DNA from: Candidatus Eiseniibacteriota bacterium
GTDB taxonomy: Bacteria; Eisenbacteria; RBG-16-71-46; CAZEPH01
Direction of reading: 5' to 3'
Assembly (NCBI GenBank): GCA_044229145.1
Contig: JBGATO010000034.1
Location: forward strand, 1-39,424
DNA length: 39,424 nucleotides
The notes under the pieces were generated by a model. The model was not told the origin of the DNA. It searched no databases and worked only from the letters and a program-made list of their open reading frames with translations. Shown here in pieces: positions 1-9,063 of the stretch (the stretch's first letter is position 1; the number at the start of each line of letters is the position of its first letter). A program made the translations under genes and the position numbers.

Positions 1-249
1 CCGTTTAGCCAGATGCTCGATCCGGCGACCGGCCGCACGCGGGTGCGGATGGTCGACATCCACACCACACGGTACGCGATCGCACGGCGTTACATGCTGC
101 GGCTGCGCCGCGACGACTTCGACGATCCGCACGAATTGGCGCGCTTCGCGGCGTGCGCGCACCTGACGCTCGAAGAGTTCCGCGACCAGTTCGAGTACTT
201 GGTGCGGGACGAACCGCCGCCGCTCGATCTGCGGATGGCGTCGGAGTAA
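1..249 (+). CDS. pfp: Pyrophosphate-dependent phosphofructokinase (diphosphate--fructose-6-phosphate 1-phosphotransferase), C-terminal fragment; 5' end lies outside the window
   Basis: Frame is open from base 1 (PFSQMLDPATGRTRVRMVDIHTTRYAIARRYMLRLRRDDF...EF...F). This matches the C-terminus of the PPi-PFK family as I recall it. Confidence 0.75.
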   Translation, partial: PFSQMLDPATGRTRVRMVDIHTTRYAIARRYMLRLRRDDFDDPHELARFAACAHLTLEEFRDQFEYLVRDEPPPLDLRMASE

Positions 250-256
250 TCATCAG

Positions 257-286
257 ACGAGGCGGGGGAGCGATTCTCCGCCTCGT
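257..286. terminator. Hairpin between convergent genes (probable terminator)
   Basis: acgaggcggggga-GCGA-ttctccgcctcgt: 13-bp stem with two G-U pairs and a GNRA-type loop, just after the pfp stop. Confidence 0.55.
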
Positions 287-304
287 GGCGTTTCGCGCGG
301 TGCG

Positions 305-757
305 CTAGAACACGTACGGCACGAGCCGCCGCGTGCGGGCGGCGTAGGCCGCGTAGGCGTCGCCGAAAGTGTCGCGCAGCGCCGCCTCCTCACACGCGAT
401 GCGCACACCCGTCGCCGCCGCCGCCACGGCGAACAACAGCAGGCCGCGCAGCGTGTGATGCGTCAGCACACCGGCCGCGAGCGCGTAGAGGATCGCCGCG
501 TAGATCGGGTGACGCCAGAAGCGGTACGGGCCGTTCGTCACCAAGCCGCCGTCGGTCACCGTCGCGGTGCCGTGGAACGAGCGCAGGCCGAATGTCGCGC
601 GCGCCCACAGCATCAGCAAGACGGCGGCGCCTTGGACGGCCATCGTCGCGGGGTGGCGCGCGAAGAGTTGGTGCGACGAGTACAGCGCGAGCACCATGGT
701 CACCAGGACGCCGAGCGCGAGACCGGAAATCAGATCGAGACGCGTCGCGCGGGTCAT
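305..757 (-). CDS. Isoprenylcysteine carboxyl methyltransferase (ICMT/PEMT) family membrane protein
   Basis: Start MTRATRLDL at 757 has an ATGA overlap with the trpF stop. Hydrophobic helices, LVTNGPYRFWRHPIY and EEAALRDTFGDAYAAYAARTRRLVP motifs. Confidence 0.85.
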   Translation of the reverse strand: MTRATRLDLISGLALGVLVTMVLALYSSHQLFARHPATMAVQGAAVLLMLWARATFGLRSFHGTATVTDGGLVTNGPYRFWRHPIYAAILYALAAGVLTHHTLRGLLLFAVAAAATGVRIACEEAALRDTFGDAYAAYAARTRRLVPYVF

Positions 758-1428
758 GCGGTGCGCGCCTCCTGCATCGCCGCGACGAACGCTGCCAGCT
801 TCGCCTCGTCGAGCGCGCCGCCGGTGCGCACGCCGCTGCACACGTCGAGCCCAAAGGGTTCCACGGTGCGGATCGCCTCCGCGACGTTGCCGGGCCGCAG
901 ACCGCCGGCGAGAAACACCGGCACGTCGACGGCGTCGCGCAGGCGGCGGCTCACCGTCCAGTCGTGCGCGCGGCCGGTGCCGCCGAGTTCCTTCACCGCG
1001 AGCGTCGGGTTGCCGGAGTCGAGCAGCAGCGCGTCGACGTGCGGCGCGAGCGCGCGGGCCTCGTCGATTGCCTCGTCGCCGCGCACGTGGATCACCTGCA
1101 CGAGCCGGATGCCGGGCAGCGCGTCGCGGAGTTCGTCGTATGTGCCCTCGAGGAGCGTGTCGACGATCTGCAGCGTCGAGGCGCGCAGCCGCCGTTGCTG
1201 CTCGACGATGCCGGCGACGCTCTGGCGGCTGGTGAGCAGGAACGTGTCGACGCCGGGCGGCACGCGGCGCGCGATCGCCGCAATGGAGGCGTCGTCGAGC
1301 ACACCGGGGCCGCTCGGCATCTGCGACACCAGGCCGAGCGCCGAGGCGCCGTAGCGCATCGCCAGCCGCGCCTCGTCGCGCGACGCGATGCAACAGATCT
1401 TGAAGCGGGGAGCGCGAGTTCCTTCCAC
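754..1428 (-). CDS. trpF: Phosphoribosylanthranilate isomerase
   Basis: KICCI, ALGLV, LLLDS, LGGTGRAHDW, LAGGLRPGNV and GLDVCSGV motifs. GGAGG RBS upstream of the GTG start. Confidence 0.9.
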   Translation of the reverse strand: MEGTRAPRFKICCIASRDEARLAMRYGASALGLVSQMPSGPGVLDDASIAAIARRVPPGVDTFLLTSRQSVAGIVEQQRRLRASTLQIVDTLLEGTYDELRDALPGIRLVQVIHVRGDEAIDEARALAPHVDALLLDSGNPTLAVKELGGTGRAHDWTVSRRLRDAVDVPVFLAGGLRPGNVAEAIRTVEPFGLDVCSGVRTGGALDEAKLAAFVAAMQEARTA

Positions 1429-1477
1429 GGCGCACAGACCTCCACGTCGACGCAGGGGAGCCGGTGCACTCTAACGG

Positions 1478-1512
1478 CGACGCCGCGATGGCGCTAGGCC
1501 ACCGCGGCGTCG
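1478..1512. terminator. Hairpin downstream of the Aer-like gene
   Basis: cgacgccgcg...cgcggcgtcg 10-bp perfect outer stem plus an inner tggc/gcca stem. Confidence 0.45.
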
Positions 1513-1533
1513 GCTTTCATCGGAGGCGGGGAA

Positions 1534-2967
1534 CTAGGCCGCGAGCGACTCCGTCGTGCGATGCGTCCGCGCCGTGCAGGCCGCCATGCCGCGCAACCGC
1601 GCCTGCGCATCCGCCTGCGCCGCGCCGGTGCGCTCGATCTCCTCGCGTGCCGAGGCGATGGCGGCCGAGAACGCATGCAGCTCCTCGCGCGCCTGCGCCA
1701 CCCGCGCTCCGACCTGCTCGAACAAGTCGAGGAACGCGCCCGCGGACTCGATCCGGCTCGCCTCCAGCTTGCCGCTCATGTAGATGACGTCGAGCGCCCG
1801 CACTAGCCGACGCAGTTCGTCGACATCGACGTCGAGCGCTTCCATGCGGGTCCCGATGTGCAGGAAGGCGTCGAACATGCGCCCGGCGCCGTCCGACAAG
1901 CAGGTGGTGAGCGAGATGATGCCTTCGCTGGCCGGCGACGATGCGCTCGCGATTTCCGCGGTCGTGGCCGCCAACTCGTGGACGAAGGCGGCGGTCATCT
2001 CGACCTGGAGCTTCGCCACCGCGATGCGGAAGCCGAGACCGGGCAACTCCGACAAGGCGCCGTCGATCTCGTGTTCGAGGGTGCGGGTGAGGGCCGCGCT
2101 GGCTTCCGAGTTCTCGGCGAGCGCCTGCGCGAGGACGCCGAGCGTGGCGCCCGCGCTGCCGACCCGCGCTGCGGCGGCCAGCGCGTTCACCGCCCCGAGA
2201 CGAATGCCGTGCGCCAAGCCGCGCACGAAGCGCGACTGCGTCTCGAGTTTGGTGTGGAGTTCGCGGAAGGCTTCCATCTGCGCGAACTCGGCATCGAGCA
2301 CATCCTGGAGATACTCGCAGTCCCGGGCCAAGCGTTCGAGGTCGCCGCGATCCAGGTGCGATGCAGTGGCGGCTGTCGCGATGTCGCTGCGCCGTGACGC
2401 GCTCATCTGCTCGAGCTGCAACTGGCGGCTCTTCACCTCCAGCGGCAGCGCGGCGCACATGAAGGCATCGTAGCCCGCGAAGCCGAGGCCCTGCAGCGCC
2501 TCCTGCAGTTGTTCGCCCGAGCGCTGCATCCCGAGCTTGCGGCCGTTCGCCTCGCGTTCGCAGGCGAGTTCGGTGGCACGCAACTGCGTGTACAGGCCTT
2601 CCACGACCGGCAGGAGTTCGCTGGATGGCTTGAAGCGCAGCGAGAGATAGCCGCCCGGCACCGGCATCGCGGTCGCGACCACCCAGTAATAGGCGCCGTC
2701 CCTGGCCATGTTCTTGACGTAGGCGGCGATCGGCTTCCCGGCGTCCAGGTAGTCCCAGAGCAGCTTGAAGACACAGCGCGGCATGTCCGGATGCCGGATG
2801 ATGTTGTGCGGCTGCCCGATGAGTTCGGGCAGCGCGTACCCGCTCACCCGCGCGAACACACTGTTGCCGGTGCGAATGATGCCCTTCGGATCGGTCGCCG
2901 AGAAGAACATCTCGTCGATGGGGAAGGGGCGGGCAGTGGAAAGCGGTGTAATGTCCGGGCGCGCCAT
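1534..2967 (-). CDS. Soluble Aer-like PAS (FAD-binding type) sensor with a degenerate chemoreceptor-like helical C-terminus
   Basis: ATG at 2967 with AAGGAGGT RBS. Aer-type PAS (FFSATDPKGII...GQPHNIIRHPDMP...W...VKN...YYWV), no transmembrane segment, long coiled-coil C-terminus. Confidence 0.85.
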   Translation of the reverse strand: MARPDITPLSTARPFPIDEMFFSATDPKGIIRTGNSVFARVSGYALPELIGQPHNIIRHPDMPRCVFKLLWDYLDAGKPIAAYVKNMARDGAYYWVVATAMPVPGGYLSLRFKPSSELLPVVEGLYTQLRATELACEREANGRKLGMQRSGEQLQEALQGLGFAGYDAFMCAALPLEVKSRQLQLEQMSASRRSDIATAATASHLDRGDLERLARDCEYLQDVLDAEFAQMEAFRELHTKLETQSRFVRGLAHGIRLGAVNALAAAARVGSAGATLGVLAQALAENSEASAALTRTLEHEIDGALSELPGLGFRIAVAKLQVEMTAAFVHELAATTAEIASASSPASEGIISLTTCLSDGAGRMFDAFLHIGTRMEALDVDVDELRRLVRALDVIYMSGKLEASRIESAGAFLDLFEQVGARVAQAREELHAFSAAIASAREEIERTGAAQADAQARLRGMAACTARTHRTTESLAA

Positions 2968-2990
2968 GGGTGACCTCCTTGTCGCGCCAG

Positions 2991-2998
2991 TTATCGGC
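2991..2998 (-). promoter_or_regulatory. Possible sigma-28 (FliA) -10 element GCCGATAA
   Basis: Exact GCCGATAA on the minus strand about 24 nt upstream of the Aer-like start. No good -35 (TAAA/TCAAG) at the expected spacing. Confidence 0.4.
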
Positions 2999-3061
2999 TC
3001 CGGTGCGCGGGTCGCACGCTCGAGCGCACGCCGATACGACCAAGGGCGCATGCCCGCCGGG

Positions 3062-3922
3062 CTACGACGCGCGGGTGCCGTGGCCCTCCGCCACCTCGAA
3101 CTCCACGCGCACGATGCGGCCCCGCCAGTACGGGACTCGCCGGCCGTCGAGTTCCCAGAACACCTCGCCGGCCATCGGCACCCAGAACCCGTCGTGGCGC
3201 TCCCAGTCGCACAGGTCGCAGCCCCAGCCGCGGGTGTCGAAGCCACCTTTGATCGCCCGGGCCCGGTCCGGTGTGTAGATGCGGGAAATGCTGCCGTCGT
3301 CCGCGAAGGTGACGTCGAGCGAGACACGCGCGGCACCGTCGCAGAGCGTCACGCGGGCGTGGCGGTCGTCGAGCGCGTCCCACTGGAGACCGTCGCCGGG
3401 TTGCAAGCGCGAGGGCATCCACACCAGTTCGCCGAGGAAGCGGTGGAGGCTGCCGGCATCGAGTTCCGGTGCGGGCGCCGCCTGGACCACCGGGATGACG
3501 CCGAACAAGGCGCCGGACATGGCGCCACGGCCGCCGAGATAGCTGTCGCGCACGAGAACCGGACAGCCCGGCGCCATCTCGAAGCGGGCGTCCCACACGA
3601 AACCAGGCGGTGCCGCGGAGAAGGTTTGCGTCGCCGTGAACGGACGCCACCCGTCCGCCTTCTCGCCAATTCGAAACGTGCCGCGCTGCTCGAGCCGCGC
3701 CCCCACGATCGTCGGGTGCTCGGGCGGCAGCGCGAGGCCGAGGTAGCGCGCGACGGGTGCCGGCCGCCCGGCAGCGCTTGCATCGGGCGCGGGGGAGCGG
3801 ACGGAGGCCCGCAGGTGGGTGAGGGCGGCGGCGGTGTCCCGCTGCCAGCGACGCCGTGCGGCGGATTGGCCGGCGAGCACGAGCGCTCCCAAACCCACGA
3901 GCACGATGGGTACGGCGATCAT
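3062..3922 (-). CDS. DUF6544/DUF6920-like protein with an N-terminal membrane anchor
   Basis: ATG at 3922 with GGGGAGG RBS. PAPVARYL...Q.G.F...W.PFTATQ.F...PGFVWDA...D.Y..G.G pattern and L.RFLGEL.W.P, typical of this family. Confidence 0.7.
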   Translation of the reverse strand: MIAVPIVLVGLGALVLAGQSAARRRWQRDTAAALTHLRASVRSPAPDASAAGRPAPVARYLGLALPPEHPTIVGARLEQRGTFRIGEKADGWRPFTATQTFSAAPPGFVWDARFEMAPGCPVLVRDSYLGGRGAMSGALFGVIPVVQAAPAPELDAGSLHRFLGELVWMPSRLQPGDGLQWDALDDRHARVTLCDGAARVSLDVTFADDGSISRIYTPDRARAIKGGFDTRGWGCDLCDWERHDGFWVPMAGEVFWELDGRRVPYWRGRIVRVEFEVAEGHGTRAS

Positions 3923-4029
3923 CGAACCATCCTCCCCGGCGCCAAGACGGGCGGCGCCCAACAATCACACCGCGCAGGACGGCGGCCGGGAAGGAGCGCG
4001 AAGGAGTACGTGGACCGGAAACGGAGGAG

Positions 4030-5358
4030 CTATCCCGTGCGCGCCGCCGCGTCGCCGGCGACGTGTCCGCTCGACCACGCCCACTGGAAGTTGAATCCGC
4101 CGAGGCGTCCATCGACGTCGAGGATTTCGCCGCACAAGTACAGTCCGCGCGCCGCGCGCCGTGAGGCCAGCGTGCTGGCGTCCACTTCGTCGAGCGGCAC
4201 GCCGCCGGCTGTCACCTCCGCTTTCTCGAATCCCAGCGTGCCGGTGACCGGCATCTCGCGTTCAGTGCATGCGGCGACGAGCGCGGCCCGTCGCGCCTTG
4301 TCGATTTGGCCGAGCGGCGCCGAGGGGTCGACCGCGCCGGCCGTGCACAGCACGCCGACCAGGCGCTCGGGCAGGCGTGCGGCGAGGAAGCGGCGCACCG
4401 TCTTGCGCGCGTCCTCTTGCTGTGCCGCGCGCCAGGCGGCCTCGAGCGACTCGCGCGTCTCGCCCGGCAGCACGTTGAGGGTGAGGCGGCGCGTCGGATC
4501 GTCCTCGGCGCGTAGCCAGTGGCGGGAGATGTCGAGCGCCGCCGGCCCGCTGTAACCGACGTGCGTGAAGAGGAACGAGCCGGTGCACCGCTCGACGCGC
4601 TTGCCACCGCGCCACAGCGTGAGTTCGACCGGCAGCGTGAGGCCCTTGAGCGCGGCACCGAGAGGATCGGTCGCGGTGAGCGGCGTGAGCGCGGGGATCG
4701 GCGGCGTCAGCGAGTGGCCGAGGGCGAGCGCGAGCGCGTATCCGGTGCCGTCGCTGCCGGTGCGCGGGAACGACAGGCCGCCGGTGGCGAGCACCACCGC
4801 GTCCGCATCATGCCAGCCGTCGGGTGCAGCGTCCGGCAACGGCCAATCCATGCGGCCCGGCGCGCCGGGATGCCCGGGAAACGCGAGACTCGAGTCGATG
4901 TGCTGGTGGCCGAGCCGCCAGCGTTCCCCGTCCGCGCCTGGCGGCGCGAGGCGTGTAATGCGGGTGCCGGGGCGCACGTCGACGCCGAGCCGCGCGCACT
5001 CACGCAGCAATGCGTCGAGAACGGTCACCGCAGTGTCGCTGACCGGGAAGTACTTCCCAGTGTCCTCCAACTTCAACTCCACACCCAATTCGGCGAACCA
5101 CGCGCGCGTGCATTCCGGCGTGAAGGCGCGCAGCATGCGCGCCACCACCCGCTGCGACCCGCCACGGTAGTCGCGTGCGTCCACCGCGCGGTGCGTCACG
5201 TTGCAGCGCGTGCCGCCCGACATCAGGATCTTGAGGCCGATGCGCGGATGCGCATTGAAGAGCACCACGCGCGCCCCGGCTTCCGCCGCCGCGATCGCCG
5301 CACTCAAGCCGGCTGCGCCCGCACCTACGACCGCTACTTCACGTTTCGCCGCGTTCAC
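4030..5358 (-). CDS. HI0933/BaiN-family NAD(P)/FAD-dependent flavoprotein
   Basis: GAGAAGL, GLKILMSGGTRCNVT, LATGGLSFPRTGSDGTGY, FTHVGYSGPA, VTAGGV and GEILDVDGRLGGFNFQWAWSSG motifs. Confidence 0.93.
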   Translation of the reverse strand: MNAAKREVAVVGAGAAGLSAAIAAAEAGARVVLFNAHPRIGLKILMSGGTRCNVTHRAVDARDYRGGSQRVVARMLRAFTPECTRAWFAELGVELKLEDTGKYFPVSDTAVTVLDALLRECARLGVDVRPGTRITRLAPPGADGERWRLGHQHIDSSLAFPGHPGAPGRMDWPLPDAAPDGWHDADAVVLATGGLSFPRTGSDGTGYALALALGHSLTPPIPALTPLTATDPLGAALKGLTLPVELTLWRGGKRVERCTGSFLFTHVGYSGPAALDISRHWLRAEDDPTRRLTLNVLPGETRESLEAAWRAAQQEDARKTVRRFLAARLPERLVGVLCTAGAVDPSAPLGQIDKARRAALVAACTEREMPVTGTLGFEKAEVTAGGVPLDEVDASTLASRRAARGLYLCGEILDVDGRLGGFNFQWAWSSGHVAGDAAARTG

Positions 5359-5441
5359 GCTGTTTGTCGTCCCCGTGTGCTAGGGTGCTTCGCTCCGCGC
5401 GCCCACCCCTCTGGCGCCGCGCATCTTACCTGGGAGACCTC

Positions 5442-6701
5442 GTGGACCGACAGAGCCCCGCGCCGGCCACACGCGCACTCGCCATCGTCCTGTGCTCGCT
5501 GCTCATCGACACCATCGGCTTCGGGATCGTGATTCCGGTCATGCCGGATCTCGTCGTCGGACTCACCCATGTGTCGTTGGCGGAGGCGGCGCGCTACTCC
5601 GGCTGGCTCATGGGCACCTTTGCGGCGATGCAGTTCTTGTGCGGGCCGATCATGGGCGGTCTGGGGGATCGCTACGGCCGGCGTCCGGTGCTGTTCTCGG
5701 CGATGCTCGCGTTCGCCGTGGACTACGTGGTGATGGGCGTGGCGCCGACATTCGGGTGGTTGTTCGCCAGCCGCGCGGTGGCGGGGGTGACCGGCGCCAC
5801 GTTCGTGCCGGCGGCGGCGTACATCGCCGATATCACGCCGCCCGAGCGCCGGGCGCAGAACTTCGGCTTGATGGGCGCCGCGTTCGGTCTCGGTTTCACG
5901 GTGGGGCCGGCGGTTGGCGGACTGCTCGGCAGCTTCGGCGTGCGCGCGCCGTTCTTCGCCGCAGCCGGCCTGGCGCTGCTGAATGCGCTGGCGATGTACT
6001 TCTTCCTCCCCGAATCACTGCCGCGCGAACGGCGGCGGGCGTTCGATCCGCGGCGGGCGAACCCGTTCGGCACGTTCCGCGCGCTGACGCGGCACCGCGC
6101 GGTGCGGCCGCTACTCGTCGCGTGGTTCTGCTGGATGCTGGCGCACCAATCGTATCCGAGCACCTGGGCGTTCTACACGAAGCTCAAGTTTCGCTGGAGC
6201 GATCACGCGGTCGGTCTGTCGCTGGCATGGGCCGGACTGACGATGGCGCTCGCGCAGGCGCTGCTCACGCGGCGCCTCATCCCGCGGTGGGGTGAGCGGC
6301 GGGCGATCGTGACGGGGCTCTGCATCGGCATCTGCGGATTCGCCGGGAACGCCGTGGTGCCGCAGGGGTGGATGGTCTACGTGGTGATGACGGTCGCGTG
6401 CCTGCAAGGGCTGGTGTTCCCCTCGATGAACGCGACGCTGTCGCAGCTGGTCGCCGCCGACAGCCAGGGAGAATTGCAGGGCGGAGTGGCGAGCTTGCAG
6501 AGCGTCGCGGCAATCGTCGGGCCTCCGGTCCTCACCGCCGCGCTGTCGGCGTGGGGGAGCGCGGATGCGCCGGTGTTTCTGCCGGGCGCGCCGTATCTGC
6601 TCGCCGCGGCGTTGTCGGTGGCGGCCCTGGCGATCGTGTCCCGCGTCCCCCGCGGGCTGTTCCCGGCGCGATCACCGGCGGGCGGGTCCGCCGCAGCGTA
6701 G
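5442..6701 (+). CDS. TCR/Tet-family MFS efflux transporter (DHA1)
   Basis: GTG at 5442 with GGGAG RBS. DTIGFGIVIPVMP, motif A GGLGDRYGRRPV, AYIADIT, GFTVGPAVGG antiporter motif, about 12 TM segments. Confidence 0.92.
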   Translation: MDRQSPAPATRALAIVLCSLLIDTIGFGIVIPVMPDLVVGLTHVSLAEAARYSGWLMGTFAAMQFLCGPIMGGLGDRYGRRPVLFSAMLAFAVDYVVMGVAPTFGWLFASRAVAGVTGATFVPAAAYIADITPPERRAQNFGLMGAAFGLGFTVGPAVGGLLGSFGVRAPFFAAAGLALLNALAMYFFLPESLPRERRRAFDPRRANPFGTFRALTRHRAVRPLLVAWFCWMLAHQSYPSTWAFYTKLKFRWSDHAVGLSLAWAGLTMALAQALLTRRLIPRWGERRAIVTGLCIGICGFAGNAVVPQGWMVYVVMTVACLQGLVFPSMNATLSQLVAADSQGELQGGVASLQSVAAIVGPPVLTAALSAWGSADAPVFLPGAPYLLAAALSVAALAIVSRVPRGLFPARSPAGGSAAA

Positions 6702-6720
6702 GGACGCCGGCCCACGGCCG

Positions 6721-6729
6721 TGCTAGAGT
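6721..6729 (+). promoter_or_regulatory. Extended -10 promoter element (TGnTAGAGT) for the prolyl oligopeptidase operon
   Basis: tgcTAGAGT in the intergenic gap about 70 nt before the start. Similar TGnTANNNT elements occur at 5378-5386 (+), 12717-12725 (+) and 27563-27571 (-). Confidence 0.45.
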
Positions 6730-6796
6730 ACGCCGTCCGCGCCCGCCCCCCGAGCCGGCCGCACCCGTCACCTCTCCGTGAGTCTGGAGGATTCCC

Positions 6797-8989
6797 GTGA
6801 TGCACCGCATCCCGTCTCTCATGCGGTTCGTGGGCGCCGGTGAGGCGACGCCGTGGGTGGTGTCGAGCCTCCTCCTGTTCGCCCTTGCGTGGGGGAGCGC
6901 GGCTGCCGCCGCACCTGCCGCACGGTCCGCAAAGCGCACATCCGCCGCTGCGGCGGATCCCTATCTCTGGCTTGAAAACGTCACCGGCCGCCGGGCGCTC
7001 GCGTGGGTGACGGCGCAGAATGCGGTCGCCACGGCCGCGGTCACCGCGTCGCCGACATTCGCGTCCACGCAGAGCCGGATGCTCGACATCTTGAACTCGA
7101 CGACGCGCATCCCGTACGTCACCAAGATCGGCGACTTCTACTACAACCTCTGGCTCGACAAAGATCATCCGCGCGGATTGTGGCGGCGCACCACGCTCGA
7201 CGAGTATCGCAAGGAGCAGCCGGCGTGGGAGACCGTGCTGGACGTCGACGCGCTCGGGAAGGCCGAGGGCGAGAGCTGGGTGTGGAAGGGTGTGCAACCG
7301 CTGGTGCCGACCTACGATCGCTGCTTGATCTCGCTGTCGCGCGGCGGCGCCGATGCGACGGTGGTGCGCGAGTTCGATCTCGCCGCCAAGCAGTTCGTCG
7401 CCGACGGGTTCACGCTGCCGGAGAACAAGAGTGATGTCGGCTGGGTGGATCGCGATCACATCTACATCGGCACCGACTTCGGCGCCGGCAGCCTCACGAC
7501 GTCGGGCTATCCGCGCGTCGCGAAGGTGTGGACGCGCGGCACGCGGCTGGCCGACGCCACGGTGGCCTTCGAGGGCGAGGCGACGGACGTCGCCGCCGGC
7601 GTCTACCGCGACCCGACGCCCGGCTTCGTGCGCGACATCGCGCTGCGCTACCCGACGATGTTCAGCAACCAGACATTCCTGCGCCGCGATGGCCAGTGGC
7701 TCAAGGTCGACAAGCCGGACGACGCGGACGTCGGTTTCGATCGCGAGTGGCTGTACATCACGCTGCGATCCGATTGGACGCTCGACGGCACGACCTACGC
7801 GGGCGGCTCGCTGCTCATCACACGAGCCGACGACTTCCTCGCGGGGCGCCGGGCGTTCGCGGTGCTGTTCGCGCCCACCGCCACCACGTCGCTGCAGAGC
7901 GTCGCACCGACACAGGGCGCGCTGCTGGTGAACACGATGGACAACGTGAAGAATCGCGTCGTGGTGTGGACGTTCGTCGAGGGCCGCTGGCAAGCCTCGG
8001 CGGTGCCAGGCTTGCCGCGCGTCGGCAGCATCGAGGTGTCGCCAGTGGACCCGCTGGCCTCGGATGACTTCTTCGTCACCAGCACCGACTTCTTGACTCC
8101 GACCACGCTGTCACTCGCGACCGTCGGCGGGGGCGAACCGCAGCGGCTCAAGCAGGGGCCGGCGTACTTCGACGCGTCGCCTCTCTCGACCGAGCAACAC
8201 TTCGCCACGTCGAAGGATGGCACCGTGGTGCCGTACTTCGAGGTGAAGCCGCGCGATCTGCCGCTCGACGGCACCGCGCCGACCATGCTCGAAGGCTATG
8301 GCGGCTTCGAGGTCTCGCAACAGCCCTACTACAGTGGCCTCAACGGCGCCGGCTGGCTGGAGCGCGGTGGCGTGTACGTCCTCGCCAACATCCGCGGCGG
8401 CGGCGAGTTCGGGCCGCGCTGGCATCAGGCGGCGCTCAAGCAGAACCGCCACCGCGCCTACGAGGATTTCGCCGCGGTCGCCGAAGATCTCATCGCGCGC
8501 AAGGTCACGAGTCCGGCGCACCTCGGGTGCATCGGCGGGTCGAACGGCGGATTGCTGGTCGGCAACATGCTGGTGCGGCGGCCGGAGCTCTTCGGCGCCA
8601 TCGTGTGCGAGCAGCCGCTGCTCGACATGAAGCGGTACAGCCACCTGCTGGCCGGCGCATCGTGGATGGGCGAGTACGGCGATCCCGACAAGCCGGACGA
8701 GTGGGCGTACATCAAGACGTTCTCGCCGTATCATCTGGTCTCGCGGTCGGCGACCTATCCGCCGACCCTATTCACCAGCTCGACGCGCGACGACCGTGTC
8801 CATCCCGGACACGCCCGCAAGACCGCCGCAAAGCTCCAGGCACAGGGGCACCGCGATATCCTCTTCTACGAAAACGTCGAAGGCGGGCACGCGGGAGCCG
8901 CGGACCACACGCAGGCGGCGTTCATGCAAGCGATGGCGTACGAATTCCTCTGGCACCACCTGGCGGCAAAACCGGCCAGCGCGCAATAA
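6797..8989 (+). CDS. Secreted prolyl oligopeptidase (peptidase S9A)
   Basis: Signal peptide, DPYLWLE, GYGGF, ANIRGGGEFGPRWH, catalytic GGSNGGLL, DDRVHPGH and EGGH motifs. Confidence 0.95.
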   Translation: MMHRIPSLMRFVGAGEATPWVVSSLLLFALAWGSAAAAAPAARSAKRTSAAAADPYLWLENVTGRRALAWVTAQNAVATAAVTASPTFASTQSRMLDILNSTTRIPYVTKIGDFYYNLWLDKDHPRGLWRRTTLDEYRKEQPAWETVLDVDALGKAEGESWVWKGVQPLVPTYDRCLISLSRGGADATVVREFDLAAKQFVADGFTLPENKSDVGWVDRDHIYIGTDFGAGSLTTSGYPRVAKVWTRGTRLADATVAFEGEATDVAAGVYRDPTPGFVRDIALRYPTMFSNQTFLRRDGQWLKVDKPDDADVGFDREWLYITLRSDWTLDGTTYAGGSLLITRADDFLAGRRAFAVLFAPTATTSLQSVAPTQGALLVNTMDNVKNRVVVWTFVEGRWQASAVPGLPRVGSIEVSPVDPLASDDFFVTSTDFLTPTTLSLATVGGGEPQRLKQGPAYFDASPLSTEQHFATSKDGTVVPYFEVKPRDLPLDGTAPTMLEGYGGFEVSQQPYYSGLNGAGWLERGGVYVLANIRGGGEFGPRWHQAALKQNRHRAYEDFAAVAEDLIARKVTSPAHLGCIGGSNGGLLVGNMLVRRPELFGAIVCEQPLLDMKRYSHLLAGASWMGEYGDPDKPDEWAYIKTFSPYHLVSRSATYPPTLFTSSTRDDRVHPGHARKTAAKLQAQGHRDILFYENVEGGHAGAADHTQAAFMQAMAYEFLWHHLAAKPASAQ

Positions 8990-9063
8990 CCGGCGGCGGC
9001 GCACGGCGGCACGACGTCGCCGCGCGCCGGGCCGTTCCCCCAATCTCGTCTCGGAGACCGATC

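Noticed and set aside
5442..6701. Acquired tetracycline-resistance gene (tetA)
   Set aside because: Family-level similarity only. There is no tetR, no mobile context, and codon usage is host-like.
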